Shown: in pieces, positions 10,700-20,206 of the stretch
Layout of the letters: each line of letters begins with the position of its first letter
Position numbering within the stretch: the stretch's first letter is position 1
Origin: Alphaproteobacteria bacterium
GTDB lineage: Bacteria; Pseudomonadota; Alphaproteobacteria; SP197
DNA: 64,000 nt
Assembly (NCBI GenBank): GCA_964291415.2
Contig: OZ219918.1
Coordinates: 864,001 to 928,000 of the forward strand
Direction of reading: 5' to 3'
Notes under the pieces: model-generated
What the model was told of the DNA's origin: nothing
Databases searched by the model: none
What the model saw: only the letters and a program-made list of their open reading frames with translations
Program-made: the position numbers and the translations under genes

Positions 10700-11399
10700 G
10701 GTCCATCTCTCCGGAGAGGCAACGGTGACAACGGTGCAGCGGTCGGCATGTCGGGTCAACCCATCCGGTGTGCCGGTTGCGGCGTCCCGGCAGTCCGGAG
10801 TAGAGGCGCTCACAAACGGGTGTGACGCATCAACTGGTCGGCAGTCAAGGCAAGCAGACCGAATAGCGGATCCTCGGACTGCCAGGGATTGACCCTACCT
10901 ACACCTGCTCAAATTGTTTCGATCCCCACCTTCCCCATTTTGGCATGACGGGAGCGAACTGCGGGTAGCTTGCAGCGACGATGGGTCATTCTGAGCTACG
11001 TGGGTTGGTTACCACCTGATTTCATTCGTCGCGGGGCCGTGTTTCACGGGCACCTTCCCCATGGTCATCTCCGCAATCATCAATGCTCCTCGCTGAATCG
11101 GCTCGCCCGCTTCCGTAACGGGGTGTTTTCCGTCAAGCACGACTTTCGACAATTGACCGCGCCGGCTCGGTCTTGTCCATGGACTTCGGCGCCAGCGGCC
11201 TAGCGTTTTTCGGCCGGCGGTTTGCGATGCGCCGAAGGCCATGTGGCTCCGAACCAGGGTCGGTCTACTGTATTGCTTTTGGTCTTGAGGAGGGATCATG
11301 AGCCCGGAAGTGTCCGTCGCCAAGCTCCCGCCTCCGTTTCTGGTCGGCACGTCGACTGCCAACGCCATGCCTGGTTCAAGGCGAATCCCGAGTGCCTAT

Positions 11400-11701
11400 C
11401 TGAACTGCGGCGGCACGTCAGCCCGGTGGAAGGTCGCACAGCGGACTTCGGGGACCGCCGGGAGGCCGCGCTGGTGCTTGGGGTCGATCCGGTGCGCCGC
11501 CCAAGTATCGACGCCCGGCGGGTGGCGGTGACGCTCGGCCTGACGCCGTCGGATGGCCAGATGGCGGCGCTGCTGGTCGACAACCTGACGGTGCGCGAGA
11601 TTGCCACAGCGACGCAACGATCACAGGACTGCGAGCGCTGGCTGACCAAGAGGGTCTACCGGAAGTTGGGCATCAAGGGAAAGGTCGAGATGGCGTGCTA
11701 G
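11400..11701 (+). pseudogene. C-terminal fragment of a LuxR-family HTH regulator
   Basis: ALVLGVDP...LGLTPSDGQMAALLVDNLTVREIATAT...KRVYRKLGI; no credible N-terminal half or start, ends early. Confidence 0.6.
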
Positions 11702-11934
11702 GCCTTGGCGGTGGACGCGTTGCCGCGGCGCCGACGACGCGGCTGCAGCCAGCCTCACCCCACCCTGCTCCCGCCACCCTATTCTGGTTCCCGGTGGAAC
11801 TCCCATGCCTCCCAAATGGCAGGGTTTACAGGGCCCTGGATCCTTCTATGGTCAACCTTTTGCTCAAGTGGCCTAGGCAACCATGGTCCCGGCACCACTA
11901 CCGGTCGTTGACGACCTCTGCCGCGAGGGATGAC

Positions 11935-12465
11935 ATGCGAATGCTCTCGATTTTGTTGCTGGTAGGCCTCGTTCAAGTTCCCTCGACACTCGCCTCGACG
12001 AGTCCCGAGCCGCTGAATTACGATCCGCTCCAACGACTCGTGAACTACTTGCTCACCACAGATCCACTCAAAAGAGTGATAAATGAGGGGGGCTGGTTGG
12101 AATTGAGGTCGGTGGTGTTTGACTACGAGAACTGCGTCGCCGGCTTCATGGACAATGAGGGCGGGACCCTCTAGATCTTCTGGAACAATGTGGACGTGGA
12201 TTCCATGAGGACGGAGACAGTTGACCTCATGGGCCAGGAGGATGTGTGGGTTCTCTCATTCTCCGGTGCCGAGGGCTGGTTCTCTGATCCCATTAACGTG
12301 GCGGAAGTTCAAATGAAGAACGAGATGATTGTCGTGGTGTATGCCGCAATGGGATTCTACGCCGGGGAGCACACCTCGATCAAGTTCCCTCTCCATGATG
12401 AGATCGAGTTTGAGCAACTCGCAGACCTTATTGGCATGGTCTATGCACAGCAATGTAGGGGATAA
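11935..12465 (+). pseudogene. Putative exported protein interrupted by one in-frame TAG (12172-12174)
   Basis: GAGGGA RBS and signal-peptide-like MRMLSILLLVGLVQV. Track ORFs ending 12174 and starting 12190 share a frame, with an open continuation IFWNNVDVD. Confidence 0.55.
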
Positions 12466-12481
12466 ATCGGTTGCCACCAAA

Positions 12482-13258
12482 ATGGATATTGAGATGACCT
12501 CTATCTGGAAGATCATCATAGTAGCCGGGGCCGTGATGACGGTGACCGGGTGCAATCTCAGTTTGACTCAGCAACTATACACATCGGACCTGTTGGATCT
12601 GGCAGACGGAGAGATCGTCGACGTGTCCGCACCGATGACCATGCAGATACCCATCCAGAATGCGGACGAGTGTGAAGAGGCAACGACCTCGATGTCTTTG
12701 ATCGTCAGTGGACTCTTGACAGATTTCTTCCCGAGGAGATGCGAGAGAGTTCGAATGGACAACTACCTGATCGCGGACACGCAAATCCCCGTAACATTCG
12801 TATCAGGTGACGACAGGGATAAGTCGATTCACTCGTTCGCCACCGAAGTGTTCAACGTGGTGGTAACGAACTATTTCGGCGTCAGGTACGAGTCATTGAC
12901 GGAAGAAGGTGCTCTGCCACCGGGACTTCCAAACGTCGTGGATCCGGGATTGGCGGTTTACGTCGTGGTCAATCTCGACAAGATTGAACTCTTGCAAACG
13001 CGACTGGAGGATGAGTTCCCGTTCCAGAACATCGATCTCTCTGAGTCAACGGTCTCAATCGAACTCAACAACGACGTCAGGAACACCATGACTTTTTCAG
13101 TCAGACACGTTTTCATGGAGGACGATCCAGTGCAGAATCGTCGGTTCTTTGAACTCGACCGACGTCACGCGGCGACATTCTCCCTGTCGAACGTCGCTGC
13201 GGCGGGTCTCATGCGTGATGGATTTGTCCCTGCCATGATCCTGCACACGGAGGGATAG
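12482..13258 (+). CDS. Hypothetical lipoprotein
   Basis: WKIIIVAGAVMTVTGC lipobox; long open frame in a lower-GC islet. Start is 12482 or 12494. Confidence 0.75.
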   Translation: MDIEMTSIWKIIIVAGAVMTVTGCNLSLTQQLYTSDLLDLADGEIVDVSAPMTMQIPIQNADECEEATTSMSLIVSGLLTDFFPRRCERVRMDNYLIADTQIPVTFVSGDDRDKSIHSFATEVFNVVVTNYFGVRYESLTEEGALPPGLPNVVDPGLAVYVVVNLDKIELLQTRLEDEFPFQNIDLSESTVSIELNNDVRNTMTFSVRHVFMEDDPVQNRRFFELDRRHAATFSLSNVAAAGLMRDGFVPAMILHTEG

Positions 13259-13311
13259 ATGATCACTGACGCTTCCGTTTCCACGCCCAATCATTATTCG
13301 GTCAGCGTCGA

Positions 13312-13815
13312 TCACATCTTTCTTTCGTCTCTTGCCACAGCTCTTACGGCGTTTCTGGATCGTCCAAGGGAGATGGAGGCGGCGGAACAGGAGGCCCCTG
13401 GTGCGTAACTCCGCACCACGATCCGACGTTGCTTGACATCCGACCAGCGCGGGAGTGCCCAACGTTTCACCGCAATCTCCCAACGATCATATCCATCAGC
13501 TACAGCCAAGGCGTGCTTCGAGGATTTTTCGGCGCTACGGTCTAGAAGGTCACCAACAGGTTCCGGCATACGCCATCGGACCGAGCGTCGGGATATGCAT
13601 GTTTCCTTGTCGCCGACCTCCATGACCACCTCGATGACAATGCTGGCCCAGTCGATGTCGTGCCGATGTCTCGGGCGAACATTGGTCGGAGTAGCAACGC
13701 CTGTACGCGGCGCGCCGGCGGCTGACGTGCCGAGAACTCGTGGATCTTGAAGGCGAGAACGAGCCTCTGTCGTTAGTGCATCAACCCGCCGTTGCGTAGG
13801 GCGGCTCTTCGACAT
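13312..13815 (-). pseudogene. Possible heavily decayed tyrosine-integrase N-terminal remnant
   Basis: MSKSRPTQRRVDAL resembles the start of arm-type DNA-binding domains of P4-like integrases; lies about 130 bp from a tRNA. No catalytic motifs seen. Confidence 0.35.
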
Positions 13816-13947
13816 AGCATTCTTCCAATTCCTTGTTGCATCGGGGAATGCAAAAGAGCTTGAACCCGCTTGTCCGGCGAAAGCAATTGAGAGATTATTC
13901 TTTTTGTTTCAGTGTGTTATTGATGTGGTCAGCACCGAAGGTGCGAG

Positions 13948-14021
13948 GCGGGTGTAGTTCAATGGCAGAACGAAAGCTTCCCAAGCTTTAGACGAGGGTT
14001 CGATTCCCTTCACCCGCTCCA
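13948..14021 (+). tRNA. tRNA-Gly(CCC)
   Basis: 74 nt GCGGGTG...CACCCGC-TCCA acceptor stem, anticodon arm AAAGC-TTCCCAA-GCTTT, T-loop GGTTCGATTCC, encoded CCA. Confidence 0.97.
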
Positions 14022-14022
14022 C

Positions 14023-15009
14023 TCACGATGACCGCCTGTAGAGACCGAGCAGTTCGGCCTTCTGTCGTATCAGGGCCAGAACGATGTCGATCGTCGGCGT
14101 GGGATGTCCGGCGATCCGACCCAGTTCCTGAACCGAAGCGACCAGTGCATCGATCTCCATGGCCCGGCCCTGCTCGAGGTCCTGGAGCATGCTTGTGCGG
14201 TGCGCGCCGACGGCCCCGGCTCCATCGATCCGTCTCTCGACATCGATGGCAAACCGTACTCCGAGGGTCTCCGCCACCGCGCGGGCCTCTGTCATCATCG
14301 TGCGGCACAGTTGCCGGACGTCCCGGTCACCGGCCATCTGTTCAAGGGTGGCTCCGGTCAAGGCCGAGACCGGATTGAAACAGAGATTGCCCCAGAGCTT
14401 CACCCAGATATCGTCGCGAATCCTTGTCCGTACCGGCACCTTGAGTCCGTTCTCGCGCATCATCAGCGCCAGGGCACGCGTACGCTCTGTGGCCTCGCCC
14501 GATGGTTCTCCAAGAAAGAAGCGATCACCCTTGAGGTGACGCACCACGCCGGGTGCCGCGACCTCGCACGCCGGAAAGACGACACACCCGATGGCGCGTT
14601 CGGGGCCAATGCCATCCCACTGGACGTCACCAGGATCGACACTCCTGAGGCGATGGTCGCGCCAAACACCCTCAAGGCCATGAAAGTACCACCAGGGAAC
14701 CCCGTTGACGGCCGTCACGACAGCCGTTTCGGGAGTCAGCATCGCCTGCATGGGTTCGACGACCGCAGGCACCGAGTGAGCCTTGAGCGTGATGATGACG
14801 TAGTCCTGCTCTCCGGCTTCCCGCGGGTCGTCGGTGGCCCGGATGCGTCGGGTCTGTCGTCCTTCGGATGACTCCAGGGTCAACCCGTCCTTCCGGATGG
14901 CGGCGAGGTGTGGTCCGCGGGCGATGAGCGTGACCTCGACACCGCTCCCTGCGAGCATGTATCCGAGGTAGCCGCCGATGGCCCCGGCGCCGTAGACCGC
15001 GACCCTCAC
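14023..15009 (-). CDS. Ketopantoate-reductase family protein (PanE2 / oxalyl-CoA-reductase-like)
   Basis: VYGAGAIGG, NGVPWWYF, WVKLWGN, HRTSMLQD...E; GTG start overlaps the ligase stop. Confidence 0.85.
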   Translation of the reverse strand: MRVAVYGAGAIGGYLGYMLAGSGVEVTLIARGPHLAAIRKDGLTLESSEGRQTRRIRATDDPREAGEQDYVIITLKAHSVPAVVEPMQAMLTPETAVVTAVNGVPWWYFHGLEGVWRDHRLRSVDPGDVQWDGIGPERAIGCVVFPACEVAAPGVVRHLKGDRFFLGEPSGEATERTRALALMMRENGLKVPVRTRIRDDIWVKLWGNLCFNPVSALTGATLEQMAGDRDVRQLCRTMMTEARAVAETLGVRFAIDVERRIDGAGAVGAHRTSMLQDLEQGRAMEIDALVASVQELGRIAGHPTPTIDIVLALIRQKAELLGLYRRSS

Positions 15010-16502
15010 GACGCGAGTCCGAGTTTGGCGGCGAGTCCTATGCGCTGCAGCTTGCCGGTTGCTCCCTTGGGGATCTCGTCGAGGATAATCACCTGGCGGG
15101 GAACCTTGAAGGCAGCCAGACGAGTCCCGGCAAAGGATCGCAGCGCCGCTTCCGAGGGAGCTTCCCCGTCTCGTGGCACGACGGCAACGGCAACTTCTTC
15201 GCCGAGCGTGGCATGGGGAACGGCGAATGTGACCGCCTGATCGACAGCGGGGTGTGCCATAAGGACCTCGTCCACCTCCAGCGGGCTGATCTTCTCGCCT
15301 CCCCGGTTGATGATTTCCTTGAGCCGGCCGGTGAGCCACAGGTAGCCGCTTTCATCAAGCAGACCCTGATCACCCGTGCGGAACCAGCCATTCTCGAAGG
15401 CTGCACCGTTGGCGGCATCGTTGTTCTCGTAGCCTCCGGTGACACTGGCGCCCCGGATCACGACCTCGCCGGTTTCTCCGGCTTGAAGGAGATGACCATC
15501 CTCCTCATCCATGATCGCCACCTCCGGCCCTGCGGCGATGCCTACCGAACCGGCATGCCGTGGCGCCGGGGGAAGAGGGTTGGAGGTCATCTGATGGGAT
15601 GCCTCGGTCATGCCGTAGGATTCGATCACCGGGCAGCCGAAGGTTGCTTCGAGTTCTTCCATGACCCGCGATGGCAGCGACGCCGAGGATGACCGGATCA
15701 GTCTCAGATCCAGTGAGGCCAGCGCCGCGGCGTTGCGCGGCGCGCGGGCGAGAATCGCCTGGTGCATGGTTGGAACGGCCGTGTACCACGTGGGCCGCAC
15801 GTCCTCGCACCAGGAGAAAAACCTCAGGGGATTGAATCCCGGAGCGCAGTGAACACTGGCGCCGGCCCGCATGGTCGAGAGCACGGCCCCGACAAGTCCG
15901 TGGATGTGGAAAAGAGGCATGATGTTGAGCGCCCGGTCGTCGGGAGAAAGGGCGAGGCTCTGCGCGATGTTCGCGGCCGAGGCGGCGAGATTGTCCCGCG
16001 ACAACGGCACGATCTTGGGTCGCGACGTGGTTCCCGAGGTGTGAAGCACGAGCGCCGTTCCGGCATCGTGGGTGACCGTGCGACCGCCCGGTTCCTCGCG
16101 CAGGCGCAACGTGAAGGTACCGGCGCTGGCGTTCTCTTCAACGCACATCTCGGCCAGTCCCATGCCCAGATCGCGCGCCACGGCGACGGCGTCGGATCCT
16201 GATCCCTCCTCGACAATCAGCAGCCGGGCATCGAGATCCTCGAGATAGAACCTGAATTCGTCCCCGCGATAAGCCGGATTGAGCGGGGCGGCCGTCAGAC
16301 CCGAGGCCACTCCGAGAAAGGCCGAGGCCATCTCGGGACCATTGGGAAGGACAAGGGCAACGCGATCGCCGTCTGCGAGACCGGCCTGACCGAGAACGCC
16401 CCGGGTGTCGGCGATCTGCCGGGCCAGGTCGCGATAGCTCGTCGAACGACGCCCGGGAGCACCGATGGCCGGAGCATCGGCTGCGCCCATGAGGTCGACC
16501 AT
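15006..16502 (-). CDS. Acyl-CoA synthetase, oxalate-CoA-ligase-like
   Basis: LHTSGTTSRPK, MPLFHIHGL, YTAVPTMH, RSSSASL, YGMTEASHQM, TGKLQR. Confidence 0.85.
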   Translation of the reverse strand: MVDLMGAADAPAIGAPGRRSTSYRDLARQIADTRGVLGQAGLADGDRVALVLPNGPEMASAFLGVASGLTAAPLNPAYRGDEFRFYLEDLDARLLIVEEGSGSDAVAVARDLGMGLAEMCVEENASAGTFTLRLREEPGGRTVTHDAGTALVLHTSGTTSRPKIVPLSRDNLAASAANIAQSLALSPDDRALNIMPLFHIHGLVGAVLSTMRAGASVHCAPGFNPLRFFSWCEDVRPTWYTAVPTMHQAILARAPRNAAALASLDLRLIRSSSASLPSRVMEELEATFGCPVIESYGMTEASHQMTSNPLPPAPRHAGSVGIAAGPEVAIMDEEDGHLLQAGETGEVVIRGASVTGGYENNDAANGAAFENGWFRTGDQGLLDESGYLWLTGRLKEIINRGGEKISPLEVDEVLMAHPAVDQAVTFAVPHATLGEEVAVAVVPRDGEAPSEAALRSFAGTRLAAFKVPRQVIILDEIPKGATGKLQRIGLAAKLGLAS

Positions 16503-17515
16503 CACGCGTGCCTGAGTCGTTCCTGGCGGGCCGACTCAATCATCGGACCAAGAACCTTGTCGTGAAACCTGTCGCAGCCGATGCAGAGATTCCGGTAGGG
16601 ACGGCCCTGCGGAGTGTCGATCTCGGATTCGGCGAGGAAGCGTTCCGTCGTCCAGCCGAACGCGTGTCCCATGGTCTCCGGTTTTCCCCGGTTGATGGCC
16701 TCGTAGACCGGATGATCGCGCAGGCTGTCGATGATGTCATCGAGATGTTCATGAACGAGGTTGCCGATGGGAAAGCGCGTCTTGAGGCAACAGGGATAGA
16801 CATTTCCGGTCGGCTCGATGGAGACCTCCGAACCCGTCCGCCCTTTCTCGAGAAAGTTCAGTCCGCCCGACCAGGCGTTGCAGAAGTTGTCGTCCATACC
16901 GGCACGCGACAGTCCGTTCTTCCAGGCGCGTCCGCGCGGCCACAGCTTGCCGATCCAGGTATCCTCGTTGGCTCCGAAGATGTTGAAGAGAGGCGGGCTG
17001 TCATCACCAGGGGGCCCGTTTCCGGCTTCGCGCACGCCCGCGGCCTCGAACATGGCGAGCAGCTTTTCGCGCAAGGCCCTGGCACGTTCCTCGCGGTTGA
17101 TGCCGACATGGTAGCTGTCGAAGCCGGAGACCGAGACCATGCTCACGTTCCTGGCGAGGAGCTCGTCGAGAATGCGTTCGGTCAGGCGGTCCCCGGTCGT
17201 CTGCACGACGAGGCGCACTTGGCCACGATAGCGGGAATGGATCTGCTCGAGGGCCGGATAGAGCACGGATCGGCGCACCGGCTCCAGCAGCACCTCGCCT
17301 CCCGAGACGATGATGCGTCCCGCCACCGCCTCTCCGGTGGGGGCGGTGACCATCATGCTTCCCGGAAGATGATCGATGATCCGGGGAACATTCGCTTGCG
17401 ACTGCTCCACAACCCGCTGGAGTTCGTCCCGGACATAGGGGCGGAACCGGTCATCGTAGCAATGACGGCAGCGCCGATGGCACAGCCATGTCAGCACAAA
17501 GTAGATCGATTCCAT
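16502..17515 (-). CDS. Radical SAM protein with SPASM/twitch-like C-terminus
   Basis: CHRRCRHC, SGGE, then FC...VSIEPTGNVYPCC...LCIGC. Confidence 0.9.
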   Translation of the reverse strand: MESIYFVLTWLCHRRCRHCYDDRFRPYVRDELQRVVEQSQANVPRIIDHLPGSMMVTAPTGEAVAGRIIVSGGEVLLEPVRRSVLYPALEQIHSRYRGQVRLVVQTTGDRLTERILDELLARNVSMVSVSGFDSYHVGINREERARALREKLLAMFEAAGVREAGNGPPGDDSPPLFNIFGANEDTWIGKLWPRGRAWKNGLSRAGMDDNFCNAWSGGLNFLEKGRTGSEVSIEPTGNVYPCCLKTRFPIGNLVHEHLDDIIDSLRDHPVYEAINRGKPETMGHAFGWTTERFLAESEIDTPQGRPYRNLCIGCDRFHDKVLGPMIESARQERLRHA

Positions 17516-18032
17516 GCGTTGCCGCCCGATGCACAAGGGGAGGCGTCCATATGACCTGCATTTGCCTCATGACGCAACATCGCGCAGGTCGTGCCGCTGC
17601 GCGGCCGTCTGCCGGTCTCGTGCCACAGTTCTGACGCATCATGCTCCGGCCGCATCCTCTCAAGGGCAATGTCCTCGCCTGCAGACGGTCTGCTTGAACC
17701 ACGTCTCCCGCAGGTTGAATGCCGAGCTCGCAGACAAGAATCGTGACTGCGGCCCTGGATCGCGGCTGTCCTCGCAGTTCACAGGGCTGGTCTCTCCATC
17801 GTTGTTGTGGAGGTGACGCGGCGAGGGAGTGATGACACGACACATCCGGGTCAAGGCCGCCTGACGATGCCTGACACGCGGCGTGGCAAGCGAGCGGATG
17901 GGAGGGTGTGACGCCTTGATCGGGTGGGCAAGGCGCATCGCGACGGATGAGCGCTGCGCCTTGTCGTTGAATGAAGGAGCGATCGATCCAGCGACAGGAT
18001 CCCGTTGATCTTCGCGTGCGACTGCGGCAGCA

Positions 18033-18049
18033 TGATTGCATTGCAATCA
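18033..18049. promoter_or_regulatory. Palindromic operator upstream of the fitA-like antitoxin
   Basis: Perfect inverted repeat TGATTGCA-T-TGCAATCA ending 28 bp before the antitoxin ATG. Confidence 0.7.
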
Positions 18050-18077
18050 GCGCAGGTCTGGATGCCGGGGCAAGGAC

Positions 18078-18320
18078 ATGGCAAGCATTACAATCCGCAA
18101 TCTTGATGACGAGGTGAAAACGCGTCTGCGTGTGCGCGCCGCCGCGCACCATCGCTCCATGGAAGAGGAGGCGCGACAGATTTTGCGGGAGGCAGTCGGA
18201 AAACCGGCCGTTCCGGCAAACCTTGGTGAAGCCATTCATCGCCGTTTCGCCGCATTGGGCGGGGTGGAGCTTGACCTTCCGCCGCGCGAGGGAATGCCTG
18301 AGCCTCCACACTTCGATTGA
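18078..18320 (+). CDS. FitA-like ribbon-helix-helix antitoxin
   Basis: MASITIRNLDDEVKTRLRVRAAAHHRSMEEEARQIL; AGGA RBS; precedes a PIN toxin. Confidence 0.88.
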   Translation: MASITIRNLDDEVKTRLRVRAAAHHRSMEEEARQILREAVGKPAVPANLGEAIHRRFAALGGVELDLPPREGMPEPPHFD

Positions 18321-18331
18321 GGCCGGCTTCC

Positions 18332-18754
18332 ATGGTCCTGGTTGATACGTGCCTCATCTCGGAACTGATGCGCTTGTCTCCCGACCCGGCCGTTCTGGAT
18401 TGGTTTGGCAGCAGAGATGCAGCCGACCTGTATTTCAGCGCGGTCGGCGAGGCAGAACTGCGGCGCGGCGTAGCCATCATGCCCGAAGGCAAGCGCCGCC
18501 AAGGCCTCGTGGCAGAGATCGACGCGATGATCGCGGACGATTTCAGGGAACGGGTGTTGCCCTTCGACAGCGCAGCTTCCGTCGCCTTCGCGGCCATTTT
18601 CGCCCGGCGTCACGCCGCCGGTCGACCTATCGGGTTCGCCGATTGTCAGATCGCCGGAATTGCGTATTCACGGAGGATGGCTGTGGCAACGCGCAATGTT
18701 CGCGACTTCGAGGACCTCGGCCTCGACATCGTCAACCCCTGGACGGTGGCTTGA
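18332..18754 (+). CDS. vapC: VapC/FitB PIN-domain toxin
   Basis: LVDTCLISE, E...G, DCQIA, ATRNVRDF, VNPW. Confidence 0.9.
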   Translation: MVLVDTCLISELMRLSPDPAVLDWFGSRDAADLYFSAVGEAELRRGVAIMPEGKRRQGLVAEIDAMIADDFRERVLPFDSAASVAFAAIFARRHAAGRPIGFADCQIAGIAYSRRMAVATRNVRDFEDLGLDIVNPWTVA

Positions 18755-18922
18755 GCAGTACGGCGCATACCCTCGCGCATCAAGATTGACCCGCTGCTCA
18801 AGAACAAAGGCTGGAACACGGCACAGGCAAGGCCCTGGACGATCCCGTGCCATCCTCCTTGATGGTGACCCAGCCGCCATCCACCCGCCCCGGTACCATG
18901 TGAGAGTGCCGCATGGGTGACC

Positions 18923-20206
18923 TCAGCGCTCTTCGTTTCTCCGTTCGTGCAGGGAGGCGTCGAGGATTTCGACGGGATGCACGCACGGCACGCCGGTGGA
19001 TGCGGTGATGTGCCACCGGCAGGTCTCGCTGTCGCAGACGACGGCATCCGGTGCAGAGTCGGCAATCCTGTCGATCAGGGTCTGACCGACCGCCGTGGCG
19101 ATGTCGTAGCGGTCACGGTCGTAGCCGTAGGTGCCGGCTACGCCGCAGCAATCCGATTCGGAGACCTCAATCGACAGGGATGGCACGAGACGAAGCAGTT
19201 CGAGCGCCGGCACGCCCATGTCATGACCGCGCAGCTGACATGGACCGTGATAGAGAATGCGCCGGGGCAGCGGGCTGAGGACCGAAGGCAATCGATCGAG
19301 GTGGCGGTCGCGCAGGAATTCACAAATGTCGGTGACGGCATTCGCTACCGACCGTGCGTCGTCATCGTGCAGATCGAGATAGGCAGCGTACTTCTTCCGA
19401 AGCGTCAGGCTGCAGCTGGTCGAGGTACACAGGATGGGTCTTCCCGCACCGGCCGCGGGAGCGAGGCCGCGAACAACGCCGTCGGCCCGGTGACGCGCGG
19501 CGCTCCATTCGCCGCTTGACAGCATGGGCAGCGAACAGCACGCATCCGTCGGCGCTTCGACCGCATATCCGAGTCGATTCAGCACCCGGACCGCCGCGAT
19601 CCCGACTTCGGCGTCGTAGTGGGCGACCGCGCATCCCGTGTAGTAGGCGACGACAGGGCCGTCAGGCTGACGACGCGTCGACAGCCAGCGGCGGAATGCG
19701 GAACCGGAGACCTGCGGTAGAGGCGCGTCCCGGTGAATGCCGAGCAGGCGATGGACGACCGCACGCAGCAATCGGTTGCCCAGCAGGCGGTTGGCGAGAG
19801 CGGGGACGGCACCGAACACCCGGCCGATCACGTCGGGCCGGTTCAGAAGGCGTTGACGGAGAGGGGGAGTGTCGCCGGCGTCAACGGCAGCCGCTCTGGC
19901 GATGGTGATGATATCGGAGATCGCGACTCCGTTCGGACAGACGCTCGTGCAGATTCCGCAGCCGCTGCACAGTCTCGACGATCGTTCTTCGACGGTATCG
20001 ATGACACGAAACCGCTGTGCTTGCGGTCCGGTGTACTTTGGTCCCGGGAAGAGTTCCGTGACCGATGCGACGGGGCAGTAGGCTCGACAGATGCCACACT
20101 TGGTGCAGTGGTCCATGGTCCGGAGCACCGCGTCGAGACCGAGTTCGTGGCGCTCGTCGGCAGGGCGGCTCGCGGGAGCGGGAGGCGATGACCCGGGCAT
20201 CGTCAT
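18923..20206 (-). CDS. glpC: GlpC-like Fe-S / CCG-domain subunit
   Basis: Two CxxCxxCxxxCP motifs, FPGPK, CCG-type CCSLP and CCGVAGTYG, CETCRW. Confidence 0.8.
   Translation of the reverse strand: MTMPGSSPPAPASRPADERHELGLDAVLRTMDHCTKCGICRAYCPVASVTELFPGPKYTGPQAQRFRVIDTVEERSSRLCSGCGICTSVCPNGVAISDIITIARAAAVDAGDTPPLRQRLLNRPDVIGRVFGAVPALANRLLGNRLLRAVVHRLLGIHRDAPLPQVSGSAFRRWLSTRRQPDGPVVAYYTGCAVAHYDAEVGIAAVRVLNRLGYAVEAPTDACCSLPMLSSGEWSAARHRADGVVRGLAPAAGAGRPILCTSTSCSLTLRKKYAAYLDLHDDDARSVANAVTDICEFLRDRHLDRLPSVLSPLPRRILYHGPCQLRGHDMGVPALELLRLVPSLSIEVSESDCCGVAGTYGYDRDRYDIATAVGQTLIDRIADSAPDAVVCDSETCRWHITASTGVPCVHPVEILDASLHERRNEER

Noticed and set aside
10893-10970. att duplication of tRNA-Gly at the left edge of the islet
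   Set aside because: Only a 6-bp match (GCGGGT at 10961) was found, which is expected by chance.
17516-18030. RiPP precursor peptide for the radical SAM enzyme
   Set aside because: No short ORF with a convincing RBS or precursor-like composition found; the region looks non-coding or decayed.
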